Source: Patescibacteria group bacterium (lineage in GTDB: Bacteria > Patescibacteriota > Minisyncoccia > UBA6257 > MFKM01). Taken from it: a stretch of 43,558 nucleotides of DNA. The notes under the pieces are model-generated. The model ran no database searches. It saw only the letters and a list, made by a program, of their open reading frames with translations, and was not told where the DNA came from. Every line of letters begins with the position of its first letter. Position 1 is the first letter of the stretch. This document shows, one piece after another, positions 14,973 through 24,336 of this stretch. The DNA lies in NCBI GenBank assembly GCA_038065115.1, contig JBBTRS010000034.1, positions 1 to 43,558 of the forward strand. Reading direction: 5' to 3'. The translations under genes and the position numbers were made by a program.

Positions 14973-15833
14973 TCAAGCCCATTCTTCTTCCAGTATTTCC
15001 CCCTGCAAACCAACTACCGCGTATTTAATCGGCACTTTTCTTTCTGATTGAGCCAGCGCTTCTTTGGCCAAATCTAACAACCCCATACAACAAGGCACCT
15101 GCATAATCATTACGGTCAAAGTATTTATTTTGGCATCTTCCAGCCAAGACTTAATTTTCGCTATATATTCGTCTTGGCCTTCGTCTAGCTTCGGACAAGC
15201 AATGGCAATAGATTTTCCTTTCAAATATTCATTATGAAATCCGCCCAACGCATAAGCAACGCAATCAGCTACTAAAAGCACATCGGCCTTCTGATAATAA
15301 GGGGCGTTTGGATTAATCAAATGTAATTGTATCGGCCACTGCCTTAATTGCGAAGCAATTTTTCCCGCCGCAACCTGATTTTCAGCCGATTCGGCTTCAC
15401 GAAAATCCATTGTTTTTGAACCGGGACAATTTAAATGACCATGGCCGTGGTTGTTGTCTTTCCCCGATTCCGTAATTTCTTCCAACCCAATGGCAATGCC
15501 TTTTTCGGTTAAAAAATCCATTGCCTGTCTGAAATAATCATCTTGTTTGTGCTCTTTTAAGTGCTTGAGATGCTCAATGATTGTATTCTTGCCCTGTTTA
15601 ACGATATTTTCCATTACCTTGCTTTCGTCGTATTTTTCGGCCTCTCTTTCTTCAATGGTTATTGCCCCTTGGGGACAGTGGCCGATGCAAGCGCCCAAGC
15701 CGTCGCAAAAAAGATCGCTTAAAAGCCGCGCCTTTCCGTCAATAATTTTAAGCGCTCCTTCCGGGCAATTCGGAATACAATCGCCGCAGCCATTGCATTT
15801 TTCGTCATCAATTTTTATAATTTGTCTTTTCAT
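14973..15833 (-). CDS. 4Fe-4S dicluster domain-containing protein
   Basis: 286 aa. Two ferredoxin-type motifs are present, CNGCGDCIPNCP and CDGLGACIGHCP. A Cys-containing C-terminal domain follows. Confidence 0.8.
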   Translation of the reverse strand: MKRQIIKIDDEKCNGCGDCIPNCPEGALKIIDGKARLLSDLFCDGLGACIGHCPQGAITIEEREAEKYDESKVMENIVKQGKNTIIEHLKHLKEHKQDDYFRQAMDFLTEKGIAIGLEEITESGKDNNHGHGHLNCPGSKTMDFREAESAENQVAAGKIASQLRQWPIQLHLINPNAPYYQKADVLLVADCVAYALGGFHNEYLKGKSIAIACPKLDEGQDEYIAKIKSWLEDAKINTLTVMIMQVPCCMGLLDLAKEALAQSERKVPIKYAVVGLQGEILEEEWA

Positions 15834-15892
15834 AAATTATTTTTTTAATATTACATATTGTATGTAACCATAATTTAACAAAAATTACAAAA

Positions 15893-15962
15893 TTGCGTTT
15901 TGGCGTTGTTTCTTGTAGAATATTATGGATTATAGGGCTAAGCCCTCGTTTGAGGGTTTTTT
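15893..15962 (+). promoter_or_regulatory. candidate typA promoter (TTGCGT-N17-TAGAAT) plus short leader with overlapping hairpins and a U-run
   Basis: The -35 box is at 15893-15898 and the -10 box at 15916-15921. Hairpin AGGGC-TAA-GCCCT (15934-15946) overlaps hairpin CCCTC-GTTT-GAGGG (15943-15956), which is followed by TTTTTT (15957-15962). Confidence 0.3.
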
Positions 15963-15972
15963 ATTTTAAAAT

Positions 15973-17787
15973 ATGGAACTAAGAAACATCGCCATCATCG
16001 CTCACGTTGACCACGGCAAAACCACGCTGGTGGACGCGCTCTTGAATCAGTCGGAAGATTTCAAAGCCAAAACCGGCGCGCCCAAAGAGCTTATTATGGA
16101 TTCAAACGAACTTGAAAGAGAGCGGGGGATTACGATTTTTTCAAAAAACGCTTCAATTAAATATCGGGATATTAAAATCAATATCGTTGACACACCCGGC
16201 CATGCCGATTTCGGCGGCGAAGTGGAACGGATTATGCGCATGGTTGACGGCGTACTGTTGCTCGTTGACGCCAAAGAAGGGCCGATGCCTCAAACAAAAT
16301 TCGTCCTCCGCAAAGCGATTCAAGCCGGCCATAAAATAATCGTGGTGATTAACAAAATTGATAAACCCAACGCCCGGCCGGAGTGGGTATTGAACGCCAC
16401 CTATGATTTGTTTTTTGAACTCGAAGCGAGCGAAGCCCAAATTGAATTTCCGGTAATTTACGCCTCCGCTATTTCGGGCAAGGCCGGTTTAAATTCCGAT
16501 TTAAACGCGATGCGAAATGTTGAACCGATTTTTCAAACAATCGTAAAATATATACCGGCACCCGTCGTTAATGACACGCAACCCCTTCAAATGCTGACGG
16601 TAAATTTGGCCTATGATAATTACAAAGGGAAAATCGCGGTTGGCCGGCTTTATGCCGGAGTTTTACGAAAAGGAACAACTGTAAACCACATTAACCGGGC
16701 GGGCGAAATAAAACGAGCGGAATTAAGCGCGGTAATGCTTTTTGACGGCCTAAACCGCATTGATGTGGAAGAGGCTCATTCGGGAGATATTGTGGCGGTA
16801 GCGGGTATTCCCGATATTTCTATCGGAGAAACAATCGCGGATTTGAAAAATCCGGTTGCTCTGCCCGTTATCCAAATTGACGAACCAACGATTAAAATGA
16901 CATTCAGTGTTAACACTTCTCCTTTCAGAGGAAAAGAAGGGCAGTTCACCACTTCGCGAAATGTCAAAGAACGATTAGAACGCGAACTTGAAACCGATGT
17001 CGCGCTCGCGGTCGCTCCGTCCACCTCTTCTGATCGCTGGATTGTGGCTGGTCGCGGCGAGCTTCATCTCGCGATTTTAATTGAAAAAATGCGCCGGGAA
17101 GGATTTGAGCTTGAAGTTTCAAAACCGGAAGTTATCTTTAAAGAAATTGACGGCAAAAAAATGGAGCCGATGGAGCTTGTTTCCGTTGAAGTGCCAGAAA
17201 AATATTCCGGCGTCGTGATTGAAATGATGGGGAAGCGTTCAGCCATAATGAAAGATATGCGCGCGGATGCCGGAAATGTTTATATGGATTTCGCGGTGCC
17301 GACGCGCGGACTCATTGGTTCTCGCGGCGATTTTCTGACAAACACAAAAGGCACGGGAATTATGAACAGTATTTTTCTGGGCTATGAAGAATATAAAGGA
17401 GAAATCGGAACCGAAACGCACGGCTCAATTGTCTCGACTGAAACCGGCATTTCCAATAATTTCGGTTTGGTGGCGGCGCAAGGCCGCGGCAAGCTGTTTA
17501 TCGACGCGGGAATTCCGGTTTACGAAGGAATGGTGGTGGGCCAAAATGCCAAATCCGGCGATATGCCGGTCAATATCTGCAAAGCGAAAGAGCTGACCAA
17601 CTTCAGGGGCAAGAACGAAGGCCTCCAGGAACAGCTGGAAGTGCCGCTTGTCCTTACTCTTGAAGACGCTCTAAGCTATATCGGCGATGACGAAATGGTG
17701 GAAATTACGCCCAAAAGCATTCGCATCCGAAAAATTCTTTTAACAGACAACGAACGCAAAAGAGTTAAAAAAGACAAAAAAAACTAA
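15973..17787 (+). CDS. typA: translational GTPase TypA/BipA
   Basis: 604 aa. It has the motifs AHVDHGKTTL, DTPGHADF and NKID, with EF-G-like domains throughout. Confidence 0.95.
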   Translation: MELRNIAIIAHVDHGKTTLVDALLNQSEDFKAKTGAPKELIMDSNELERERGITIFSKNASIKYRDIKINIVDTPGHADFGGEVERIMRMVDGVLLLVDAKEGPMPQTKFVLRKAIQAGHKIIVVINKIDKPNARPEWVLNATYDLFFELEASEAQIEFPVIYASAISGKAGLNSDLNAMRNVEPIFQTIVKYIPAPVVNDTQPLQMLTVNLAYDNYKGKIAVGRLYAGVLRKGTTVNHINRAGEIKRAELSAVMLFDGLNRIDVEEAHSGDIVAVAGIPDISIGETIADLKNPVALPVIQIDEPTIKMTFSVNTSPFRGKEGQFTTSRNVKERLERELETDVALAVAPSTSSDRWIVAGRGELHLAILIEKMRREGFELEVSKPEVIFKEIDGKKMEPMELVSVEVPEKYSGVVIEMMGKRSAIMKDMRADAGNVYMDFAVPTRGLIGSRGDFLTNTKGTGIMNSIFLGYEEYKGEIGTETHGSIVSTETGISNNFGLVAAQGRGKLFIDAGIPVYEGMVVGQNAKSGDMPVNICKAKELTNFRGKNEGLQEQLEVPLVLTLEDALSYIGDDEMVEITPKSIRIRKILLTDNERKRVKKDKKN

Positions 17788-18752
17788 TAATTTTTTTCCG
17801 ATTTTATCTTATTCAGAATCTCTTTCACTTTTTCCAGGCTGTTCCAGTCATAAACAGAGATCGGGAAAACATTTTTGTGAATCTTTTTTAAAGCGGTCAT
17901 TTTCTTTTTCATTTCCTCCGACGATACCATATCGCTTTTGCTTAAAAACACATATTCTGTTTTCTTGGTAAGATTTTTATTGTATGTTTCAAGCTCTTTT
18001 TTGATTATTTTATAATCTTTAACGGGATTTTCCGATTCAGCGGAAATTAAATGAAAAAGTATTTTCGTGCGTTCAATGTGGCGAAGAAACCCTATGCCCA
18101 AACCCTTGCCAGTAGACGCGCCCTCAATAAGCCCGGGAATATCCGCCAAGATAAGCTCATAGTATACCCCCAAGTTCGGCTCCAAAGTCGTAAAAGGATA
18201 ATTCGCAACCTTGCTTTTTGCCTTAGTTAGCTCGTTGAGCAAGCTAGATTTCCCCGCGTTCGGCAAGCCGATAAGACCAATATCGGCGATGAGTCTAAGT
18301 TCCAGTCTTACCGCAAAATGCTCGCCAAGCGAACCTTCTTGGAATTGTTTGGGGCTAGTGTTAGTCGCGGAACGAAAATGAAAATTTCCTTTCCCGCCAC
18401 GGCCGCCTCTCGCGACAAGTATTCTCTCGCCGATTTTTAATATTTCCTTGGTTTCGCCTGTTTCAATTTTTTGAATTATCGTTCCCACGGGAACTTTTAA
18501 TACGAGATCGTTTCCGTCAGAGCCGTCTCTGAATTGTCCATTGCCGTTTTCGCCATCTTCGGCTTTATTGTCTTTTTTATACCTAAATTGGCCCAAGGCA
18601 TTTAAGTCAAAAACGCCTTCAAAATAGATACGGCCGCCTTTGCCGCCGCTTCCGCCAACCGGCCCCAAACTCATCATATTTTTATTGAACGCCACGGCGC
18701 CTCTGCCGCCATTTCCAGCCTCCAATTTAATTACCACCTCGTCAATTAACAT
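17784..18752 (-). CDS. obg: GTPase Obg/CgtA
   Basis: 322 aa. A glycine-rich Obg fold (GNGGRGAVAF, GGSGGKGG, GGRGGKGN) is followed by the G domain (GLPNAGKSSL). Confidence 0.93.
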   Translation of the reverse strand: MLIDEVVIKLEAGNGGRGAVAFNKNMMSLGPVGGSGGKGGRIYFEGVFDLNALGQFRYKKDNKAEDGENGNGQFRDGSDGNDLVLKVPVGTIIQKIETGETKEILKIGERILVARGGRGGKGNFHFRSATNTSPKQFQEGSLGEHFAVRLELRLIADIGLIGLPNAGKSSLLNELTKAKSKVANYPFTTLEPNLGVYYELILADIPGLIEGASTGKGLGIGFLRHIERTKILFHLISAESENPVKDYKIIKKELETYNKNLTKKTEYVFLSKSDMVSSEEMKKKMTALKKIHKNVFPISVYDWNSLEKVKEILNKIKSEKNY

Positions 18753-18769
18753 ACAAAATATTATTAAAA

Positions 18770-19912
18770 TTACTTAATCACTTTCGCGACCGTTTTCACT
18801 AATTTTTTATTAAAAATCGAGGGAACTATATTTCTGGGAGTTGGCTTTTTAATCATTGAAGCAATCGCGTAAGCCGCTTTCATTTTTATTTGGTCTGTTA
18901 TTTTTTTTACTTTATTGTCCAAGGCTCCGCGAAAAACTCCCGGAAAAGCGAGGGCGTTGTTTATCTGGTTTGGAAAATCGGAACGGCCGGTTGCGATAAT
19001 AAACGCCCCGCCCCTTCGCGCTTCTTGTGGCATTATCTCTGGCGTGGGGTTAGCTAAAGCGAAAACAATGGGATTTTTAGCCATAAGCTTAATGTGTTCG
19101 TATTTAATCAAACCGGGACCGGAAACGCCAATTACGGCGTCAGCGTCTTGGATGGCATCTTTAAATTCTCCTTTAATATTTTTAGGGTTGGTGATTTCAG
19201 CAAGTTCTTTTTTAGAAAAATTCAAATCACCGCGGCCCGGCGCGATTATGCCTTTTCGGTCAATAACGATAATTTCCTTGATGCCCGCTTTTTTAAGCAT
19301 CTTGGCGATGGCGGCGCCGGCGGCGCCCGCTCCCAAAATAACTATTTTTGATTTTTGTAATTCTCGGCGAGACGCCTTAAAAGCGTTTATCAATCCGGCG
19401 AGAACGACAATAGCCGTGCCGTGCTGATCATCGTGCATTACCGGAATGTCTAAAGAATCAATAAGCCGTTCTTCAATGTCAAAACATCGCGGCGCGGAAA
19501 TATCTTCTAAATTTATTCCGCCGAAAGCAGGGGATAGATATTGAATTGTTTTTACTATTTCATCGGCGTCTTGCGTCGCCAAAACTAGCGGAAAAGCGTT
19601 AATTCCGGCGAATTGCTTAAAAATCATCGCCTTGCCTTCCATTACGGGAAGGGCTCCGCCGGGGCCGATATTGCCGAGCCCTAAAACCGCCGAGCCGTCG
19701 GAAACGATTAAAATCGTATTATTTTTAATTGTCATTTCGCTAAGATCCTCTGGATGTTTGGCAAGATGCGAAGCCACAGCTCCGACGCCGGGAGTATAAA
19801 AAATTTTTAAATCTTCCAGCGAAACAATCGGCGCTTTCAAAGATATTTCTATTTTGCCTTTAAGTTTCTTATGAAGCTTCAACGCTTTTATTCCGAAATC
19901 AGATTTAATCAT
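18770..19912 (-). CDS. NAD(P)-dependent malic enzyme (short form)
   Basis: 380 aa. It has YTPGVGAV, SDGSAVLGLGNIGP and the Rossmann motif GAGAAGAAIAKML. Confidence 0.9.
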   Translation of the reverse strand: MIKSDFGIKALKLHKKLKGKIEISLKAPIVSLEDLKIFYTPGVGAVASHLAKHPEDLSEMTIKNNTILIVSDGSAVLGLGNIGPGGALPVMEGKAMIFKQFAGINAFPLVLATQDADEIVKTIQYLSPAFGGINLEDISAPRCFDIEERLIDSLDIPVMHDDQHGTAIVVLAGLINAFKASRRELQKSKIVILGAGAAGAAIAKMLKKAGIKEIIVIDRKGIIAPGRGDLNFSKKELAEITNPKNIKGEFKDAIQDADAVIGVSGPGLIKYEHIKLMAKNPIVFALANPTPEIMPQEARRGGAFIIATGRSDFPNQINNALAFPGVFRGALDNKVKKITDQIKMKAAYAIASMIKKPTPRNIVPSIFNKKLVKTVAKVIK

Positions 19913-20226
19913 TATTGTATTTTTTCTTTAATTGCTTTTATCTTGTGAACTATGCCGTGAGTCAAGCTTTTTCTCTCATCAATTTTAAGCATTAAATAAA
20001 TCCTGTTATGAGAGGAAATCAATCTATTCCGACACTCGGTAAATAATTTTATCACCTGCCCCCATTCTCCCTCCACGGTGGTGCCCATAGCGCCAAGTTG
20101 ATACTTTAACCCGCTTTCTTTTATCACTTTCACCACCATAGCCACTGACTTGCTTAAACTTTCTCCTTCCCCGATCGGAAAAGCCGAAATCTCTGCCACC
20201 ACTATTTTTTTAATTTGTTTTTTCAT
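19912..20226 (-). CDS. MTH1187/YkoF family (DUF77) thiamine-binding protein
   Basis: 104 aa. The typical pattern VAEISAFPIGEG.SLSK.V..V..I..SGLKYQLGAMGTTVEGEW is present. Confidence 0.78.
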   Translation of the reverse strand: MKKQIKKIVVAEISAFPIGEGESLSKSVAMVVKVIKESGLKYQLGAMGTTVEGEWGQVIKLFTECRNRLISSHNRIYLMLKIDERKSLTHGIVHKIKAIKEKIQ

Positions 20227-20310
20227 AAATTATGTTGTTTAGCTTCGCGCTCAAACCTTCTAGGTATTATAAAACTTCTTCGGCAGTCAGGATAGAGGGG
20301 GTCGTCATTT

Positions 20311-20319
20311 TGGTATAAT
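20311..20319 (+). promoter_or_regulatory. extended -10 box TGGTATAAT upstream of 20361 ORF
   Basis: This is the same 9-mer as at 1280-1288. It lies 42 nt upstream of the ATG. Confidence 0.35.
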
Positions 20320-20360
20320 TATAATGGAATCTAAAGGTCGCTTAAAAATCTTATAATTTT

Positions 20361-20624
20361 ATGACAAAACTCAACAAAAATGCGGTAGGTTTAGCGCTGG
20401 GAACATTTGTGGCGTTGGCTCATTTAGGCTGGCTTATTCTTATCGGTATCGGATTAGCTAAGCCCCTATATGACTTAATACTCAAACTCCACCACATTTC
20501 GCTATCTTACACCATATTGCCTTTGTCCCTGGGATTAGCCATCGGCCTTCTGGTTATGACTTTTATTGTCGGTTATATATTCGGCTGGGTCTTCGCCACT
20601 CTCTGGAACAAATTTGGAAAATAG
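20361..20624 (+). CDS. small integral membrane protein, function unknown
   Basis: 87 aa with three predicted hydrophobic helices. A terminator follows. Confidence 0.55.
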   Translation: MTKLNKNAVGLALGTFVALAHLGWLILIGIGLAKPLYDLILKLHHISLSYTILPLSLGLAIGLLVMTFIVGYIFGWVFATLWNKFGK

Positions 20625-20654
20625 AATCACGATTAGTTGGTTATAAACCAAGAT

Positions 20655-20686
20655 AAAAAGGGCGGGGTATTAGTCCCGTCCTTTTT
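20655..20686. terminator. bidirectional intrinsic terminator between convergent genes
   Basis: AGGGCGGG (20659-20666) pairs with CCCGTCCT (20675-20682) as 8 bp with one G-U. The hairpin is flanked by AAAAA upstream and TTTTT downstream. Confidence 0.65.
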
Positions 20687-20723
20687 ATTATGCCGGGGAA
20701 CAGCCTCGCATCTTTCAACCCCG

Positions 20724-21350
20724 TTATGAATAGCGGAGCTTTCTGAAGAGGTAGAGTTTTTTGATCTGACCGACCAATTCCGGAAATTCGGCTTGATTAA
20801 AGTGTTTTCTGTTTTTAAACATCATTGTCTCTGCTTCTGGCAAAGCGTGTTTGTATTTTTCAAAATCAGCGAATGGAACATAAGGGTCGTCTTGGCTATG
20901 ACAAATAAATATTTTACCGCCTTGTTTTTGAAACTTATCCAGATTTTCAGGCAAAACAAAATCACCGAGAGAATGTTTTGATTTTTTATCGTTATATGGC
21001 GCCGCGACCAAAAAAGTTGCCAATATTTTTTTTGGAAATTTGTTTTCGGATAAATATTTTGCCAAAAAAATTCCACCCAACGAATGTCCCACCAACACGA
21101 GATTGTTTTCCAGAAATGGCAGCAACTTGTCAAACATAATCTTCCACTCGCTATATTTGGCGTTCATGGAGTTCGGCATCTTCGGCAAAACCACTTCAAA
21201 ATTTTTCCCCAATTTTTCGCTTAAAGCGTCTTTCCATCCCTTTATTTTAAGTTTCTCAAAATTGAATTCATAGTTTTTCAAAAAGGCAAGATACTCCTTA
21301 TAAGTATTAAAAGCATCTCCGCCATGAATGACTATAACTTGTTTTTTCAT
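20724..21350 (-). CDS. alpha/beta hydrolase, YdeN/RBBP9-like serine hydrolase
   Basis: 208 aa. It has the nucleophile elbow GHSLGG and the N-terminal VIVIHGG motif. Confidence 0.72.
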   Translation of the reverse strand: MKKQVIVIHGGDAFNTYKEYLAFLKNYEFNFEKLKIKGWKDALSEKLGKNFEVVLPKMPNSMNAKYSEWKIMFDKLLPFLENNLVLVGHSLGGIFLAKYLSENKFPKKILATFLVAAPYNDKKSKHSLGDFVLPENLDKFQKQGGKIFICHSQDDPYVPFADFEKYKHALPEAETMMFKNRKHFNQAEFPELVGQIKKLYLFRKLRYS

Positions 21351-21452
21351 ATTGGCTATGTTCTCCGGTCCATGGCCACCACAATTAAGGCCGTTAAATG
21401 ATTCTTTGGGGACGGTTTAGTGGCCGAACTGACCCGTCTCGGTCGACTAAAA

Positions 21453-22076
21453 TCATGCTCCCATGTTTTGTAATTCCTCAAGACTCTCCTTATCTGTACT
21501 TGTATCAAAATTTAATATTTTAATGTTTGAAAAGTGTTTGACTATTTCAATACAATACCAAAGCGTTAAATGTATATTAGGTTCTAAAAATTCAAATTGT
21601 TGATCATCTGTTTTATTCAAGCATAATTTAAAACTATCGTAGTTGGGGTGAACAAGTCCAGAAAGTAAATAATATCTATTTTGGTGATTCTCTTTAAAAC
21701 CGGGTGGCAAAAATTGGTCATTAATTTTGTCTTTTATTTCACTAAATTTCCACCTCTTATTAATAAAAAATTCATTGATCCTGGTTGAAATTTCTTTTTC
21801 CGATGAGCCTGAAAATACGTAGAAAGTTTTTATATATAATTCATAGACGTATCTGAAAAGATAAATGGATAAGAAAACGTCATTAGAAAAAATACAATTT
21901 TCTATAGATATGCCTAGAGAGTGTATTTTAAAAAACACACAAGCAACGAAATATTCTTTCGGGGATTTTTCTCTTGTTATCTCTCCGAAGTTGAACCTAG
22001 ACGCAATAGCTCCGTTAAACAAGTTTATTTTATAAAGTAAAAATTGTCTTGATTTCTGATTTGTGTCTCCTATCAC
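21453..22076 (-). CDS. hypothetical soluble protein (207 aa), downstream gene of an AT-rich two-gene cassette
   Basis: The GTG start lies 1 nt after the TAA stop of the upstream ORF, which suggests translational coupling. No motif was recognised. The region is very AT-rich. Confidence 0.55.
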   Translation of the reverse strand: MIGDTNQKSRQFLLYKINLFNGAIASRFNFGEITREKSPKEYFVACVFFKIHSLGISIENCIFSNDVFLSIYLFRYVYELYIKTFYVFSGSSEKEISTRINEFFINKRWKFSEIKDKINDQFLPPGFKENHQNRYYLLSGLVHPNYDSFKLCLNKTDDQQFEFLEPNIHLTLWYCIEIVKHFSNIKILNFDTSTDKESLEELQNMGA

Positions 22077-22077
22077 G

Positions 22078-22689
22078 TTAGTAAAATATTCTTATGAAGT
22101 ATTTTTCTAAGGTTAGATTTATATAGGAAGAACTTATTGAATAAATAAAGAGTAAGATTGCAAGAGTTAGCAATCCCACTATTACATCTTCGGCATAATT
22201 TAACTTTTTTGTGTCTTTTGATAATTCATCAAGAGATTCTTTTATCTCGTCGTATTTCCCTCCCGGTTTAGTAAAATCTTCTACTAGATTATGAAAATCG
22301 TTGAAGGGTTGCTGGCTTCTCATGAATTTAAGCGCTGACTCCTTGACCTTTCGTACAAGGGGTAGAGATGCATCTTCTATATCAATTATCTTTTTTGAGT
22401 CATAAGCATGCATTCTAAGTACATGCCAAAAAGATACCACGATATTTATCATCAGGATCGAGATACTAAAAATTAACACGCCAGTATTTATCTTTTGATT
22501 ATCAAGTAATGGCAATGCAAACGCTGAAATGGCGGCAGAAACAATCCCCAAATTTCTTATTGTGTCCCTATAATCTTTCTGCATTTCTACTCGACGAACA
22601 GAAGAATCAGATACAATATCTTTTTCTACTCTTGAGTAGGTTTTAAATTGCTTTCTAGCGTATTCTTTTTGCCTCTCAATGTCGCTCAT
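22078..22689 (-). CDS. hypothetical membrane protein (3 TM), upstream gene of the AT-rich two-gene cassette
   Basis: The ATG at 22689 (MSDIERQKEY..) is preferred over the TTG at 22704 used by the track. The TM helices are LGIVSAAISAFALPLL, GVLIFSISILMINIVVSFW and VIVGLLTLAILLFIYSI. Confidence 0.55.
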   Translation of the reverse strand: MSDIERQKEYARKQFKTYSRVEKDIVSDSSVRRVEMQKDYRDTIRNLGIVSAAISAFALPLLDNQKINTGVLIFSISILMINIVVSFWHVLRMHAYDSKKIIDIEDASLPLVRKVKESALKFMRSQQPFNDFHNLVEDFTKPGGKYDEIKESLDELSKDTKKLNYAEDVIVGLLTLAILLFIYSISSSYINLTLEKYFIRIFY

Positions 22690-22748
22690 ATATTTAAGAA
22701 TCAATGAATTGTATACATCTTGGTCTCTTGATACTGCGTTGACTTGTG

Positions 22749-22819
22749 CTGCCGGGCAGGGAATCGGACCCCGATTTTCAGGTTCAGAGCCTGACGTGCT
22801 ACCATTACACTACCCGGCA
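22749..22819 (-). tRNA. tRNA-Gln(CUG)
   Basis: The minus-strand cloverleaf is TGCCGGG TA GTGT AATGGTA GCAC G TCAGG CTCTGAA CCTGA AAAT CGGGG TCCGATT CCCTG CCCGGCA G. The T-loop reads UCC instead of the usual UUC. Confidence 0.82.
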
Positions 22820-22859
22820 ATATAAAAAATATTAAATTCCGCGGTTTAAGAATCTAAAA

Positions 22860-23732
22860 TCAATAACTGATATTTCGCGGTTTCTTGCCTTCAACTTGAA
22901 TTTTAGTTAGTTTCAATTTCCCGTCAACTAATTCAGCTTCCAAAAGTTTTACCCGTTTTTCGTTTTCCGAGGAACTTTTTGTTTGAACAGGAGAAGCAAT
23001 TTGCGCCGGATTTGCCAGCGTCCAAACTCCGGGGTCGGGGTTCAGGGCTCTAATTTTCCGTTCAATAACAGCCGGTTCGTCTTTTCGCAAGTCAACATAG
23101 CCGTCTTCGGTAATAAATTTTTTGGTGTGAGTGGCTTTGTTTTCGTTTTGGGACAGGGGAGTGATCTCGTTTTTGATAAATTTCGGCAGGGTTTCAATCA
23201 ATAAGCTTGCTCCCAGTTCGGCTAATTTTTTATTCAAAATTTCGTAATTATCATTGTTTAATATTTGGTATTTAATAGTTGACAGTGTTTTCCCGTGGTC
23301 TATTTGTTCATCAATTAAAAACAAGCTAACCCCGGTTTCGGAATCGCCGTTCAAAATAACCGATTGAATGGGCGAAGAGCCGCGGTATTTTGGCAAAAGC
23401 GAAGGATGAACGCCGATAACGCCCAACCGAGGAATTGTTAAAATTTCTTTGGGGATTATTTTGGCGTAAGCGGCAACAATGGCAAAATCTATTTCTCCGA
23501 TTTCCAGTTTTAATTTTTCAATCTCCAATTTCTCGGGCTGATAAACTTTAATAGCGTATTTTTCGGCTAAAACCTTAGTCGGCGGGGGAGTGATGGTTTT
23601 TTTTCGGCCGATTGGCCGATCGGGATTACAAACGATTGCTAACGGTGGCCAGCCGGCTTCAATGAGTTTTTCCAGAATAATAGCCGCGAAACCAGGAGTG
23701 CCAAAAAAGACATATTTCAGATTATGCTTCAT
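22860..23732 (-). CDS. fmt: methionyl-tRNA formyltransferase
   Basis: 290 aa. It has FFGTPGFA, the HPSLLPKYRGSSPIQ motif and a C-terminal Fmt domain. def lies immediately upstream. Confidence 0.92.
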   Translation of the reverse strand: MKHNLKYVFFGTPGFAAIILEKLIEAGWPPLAIVCNPDRPIGRKKTITPPPTKVLAEKYAIKVYQPEKLEIEKLKLEIGEIDFAIVAAYAKIIPKEILTIPRLGVIGVHPSLLPKYRGSSPIQSVILNGDSETGVSLFLIDEQIDHGKTLSTIKYQILNNDNYEILNKKLAELGASLLIETLPKFIKNEITPLSQNENKATHTKKFITEDGYVDLRKDEPAVIERKIRALNPDPGVWTLANPAQIASPVQTKSSSENEKRVKLLEAELVDGKLKLTKIQVEGKKPRNISY

Positions 23733-23757
23733 AATTCAAGATTTATGATTTGAGTAG

Positions 23758-24264
23758 TTATATTTTTGCCGTTTGTTCGGAAATTTCCTTAAACAATTCT
23801 TTTGCCCTGTCAATGAAAAGAACGCCGTTTAAGTGGTCTATTTCGTGCTGAAATACTCTGGCCGGCAACCCCCACGCCTTAATCTTGATTTTTTTGTTGT
23901 TTTTATCAAAACCGATTAGCATTATCTGTTCCGGTCTTTCCACTAAACCCCAAACTTCCGGCACGCTAAGACAGCCCTCTTCAAGGGTGGTTTTTTCTTT
24001 TGAAACCTTAACAATGACTGGATTAAAAATAGCGTAAAATTTCAACTTGCCCTTGTCGCCGGGAATTTCCGCGATGAAAAATCTCCAACTAAGACCGATT
24101 TGATTGGCGCTTAAACCAATGCCTTTGTCTTTCTTGATGGCCAACCTCATGCTTTTTATCGTTTCTCGGATCTCGTCTTTTTTGAATTTAGAAAAATCAA
24201 AATTAAGCGTTTTCCGCCGCAAAAACTTTTCTTCTTTTTTGTCGTTAACCGTAAAAATTCGCAT
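23758..24264 (-). CDS. def: peptide deformylase
   Basis: 168 aa. The motifs are GIGLSANQIG, EGCLSVP and HEIDHLNG. Confidence 0.93.
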   Translation of the reverse strand: MRIFTVNDKKEEKFLRRKTLNFDFSKFKKDEIRETIKSMRLAIKKDKGIGLSANQIGLSWRFFIAEIPGDKGKLKFYAIFNPVIVKVSKEKTTLEEGCLSVPEVWGLVERPEQIMLIGFDKNNKKIKIKAWGLPARVFQHEIDHLNGVLFIDRAKELFKEISEQTAKI

Positions 24265-24280
24265 AATACAAGATTTTTCT

Positions 24281-24324
24281 ATTTACTATTGTAAATCCAC
24301 GATCGTGGAATTACAATAGTAAAT
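24281..24324. repeat. 44-nt near-perfect palindrome centred on CGATCG (copy 2 of 2)
   Basis: ATTTACTATTGTAAATCCACGA pairs with TCGTGGAATTACAATAGTAAAT as 22 bp with one mismatch. It is homologous to 7293-7332. Confidence 0.8.
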
Positions 24325-24336
24325 AACGATGAAGCG

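Noticed and set aside
21351-21452. A direct repeat of the tRNA-Gln 3' end (att site) or a tRNA fragment at the distal end of the AT-rich cassette.
   Set aside because: No match to the tRNA 3' half was found by eye. Only a 6-bp GGCCAC/GTGGCC stem is present, and the window contains no integrase.
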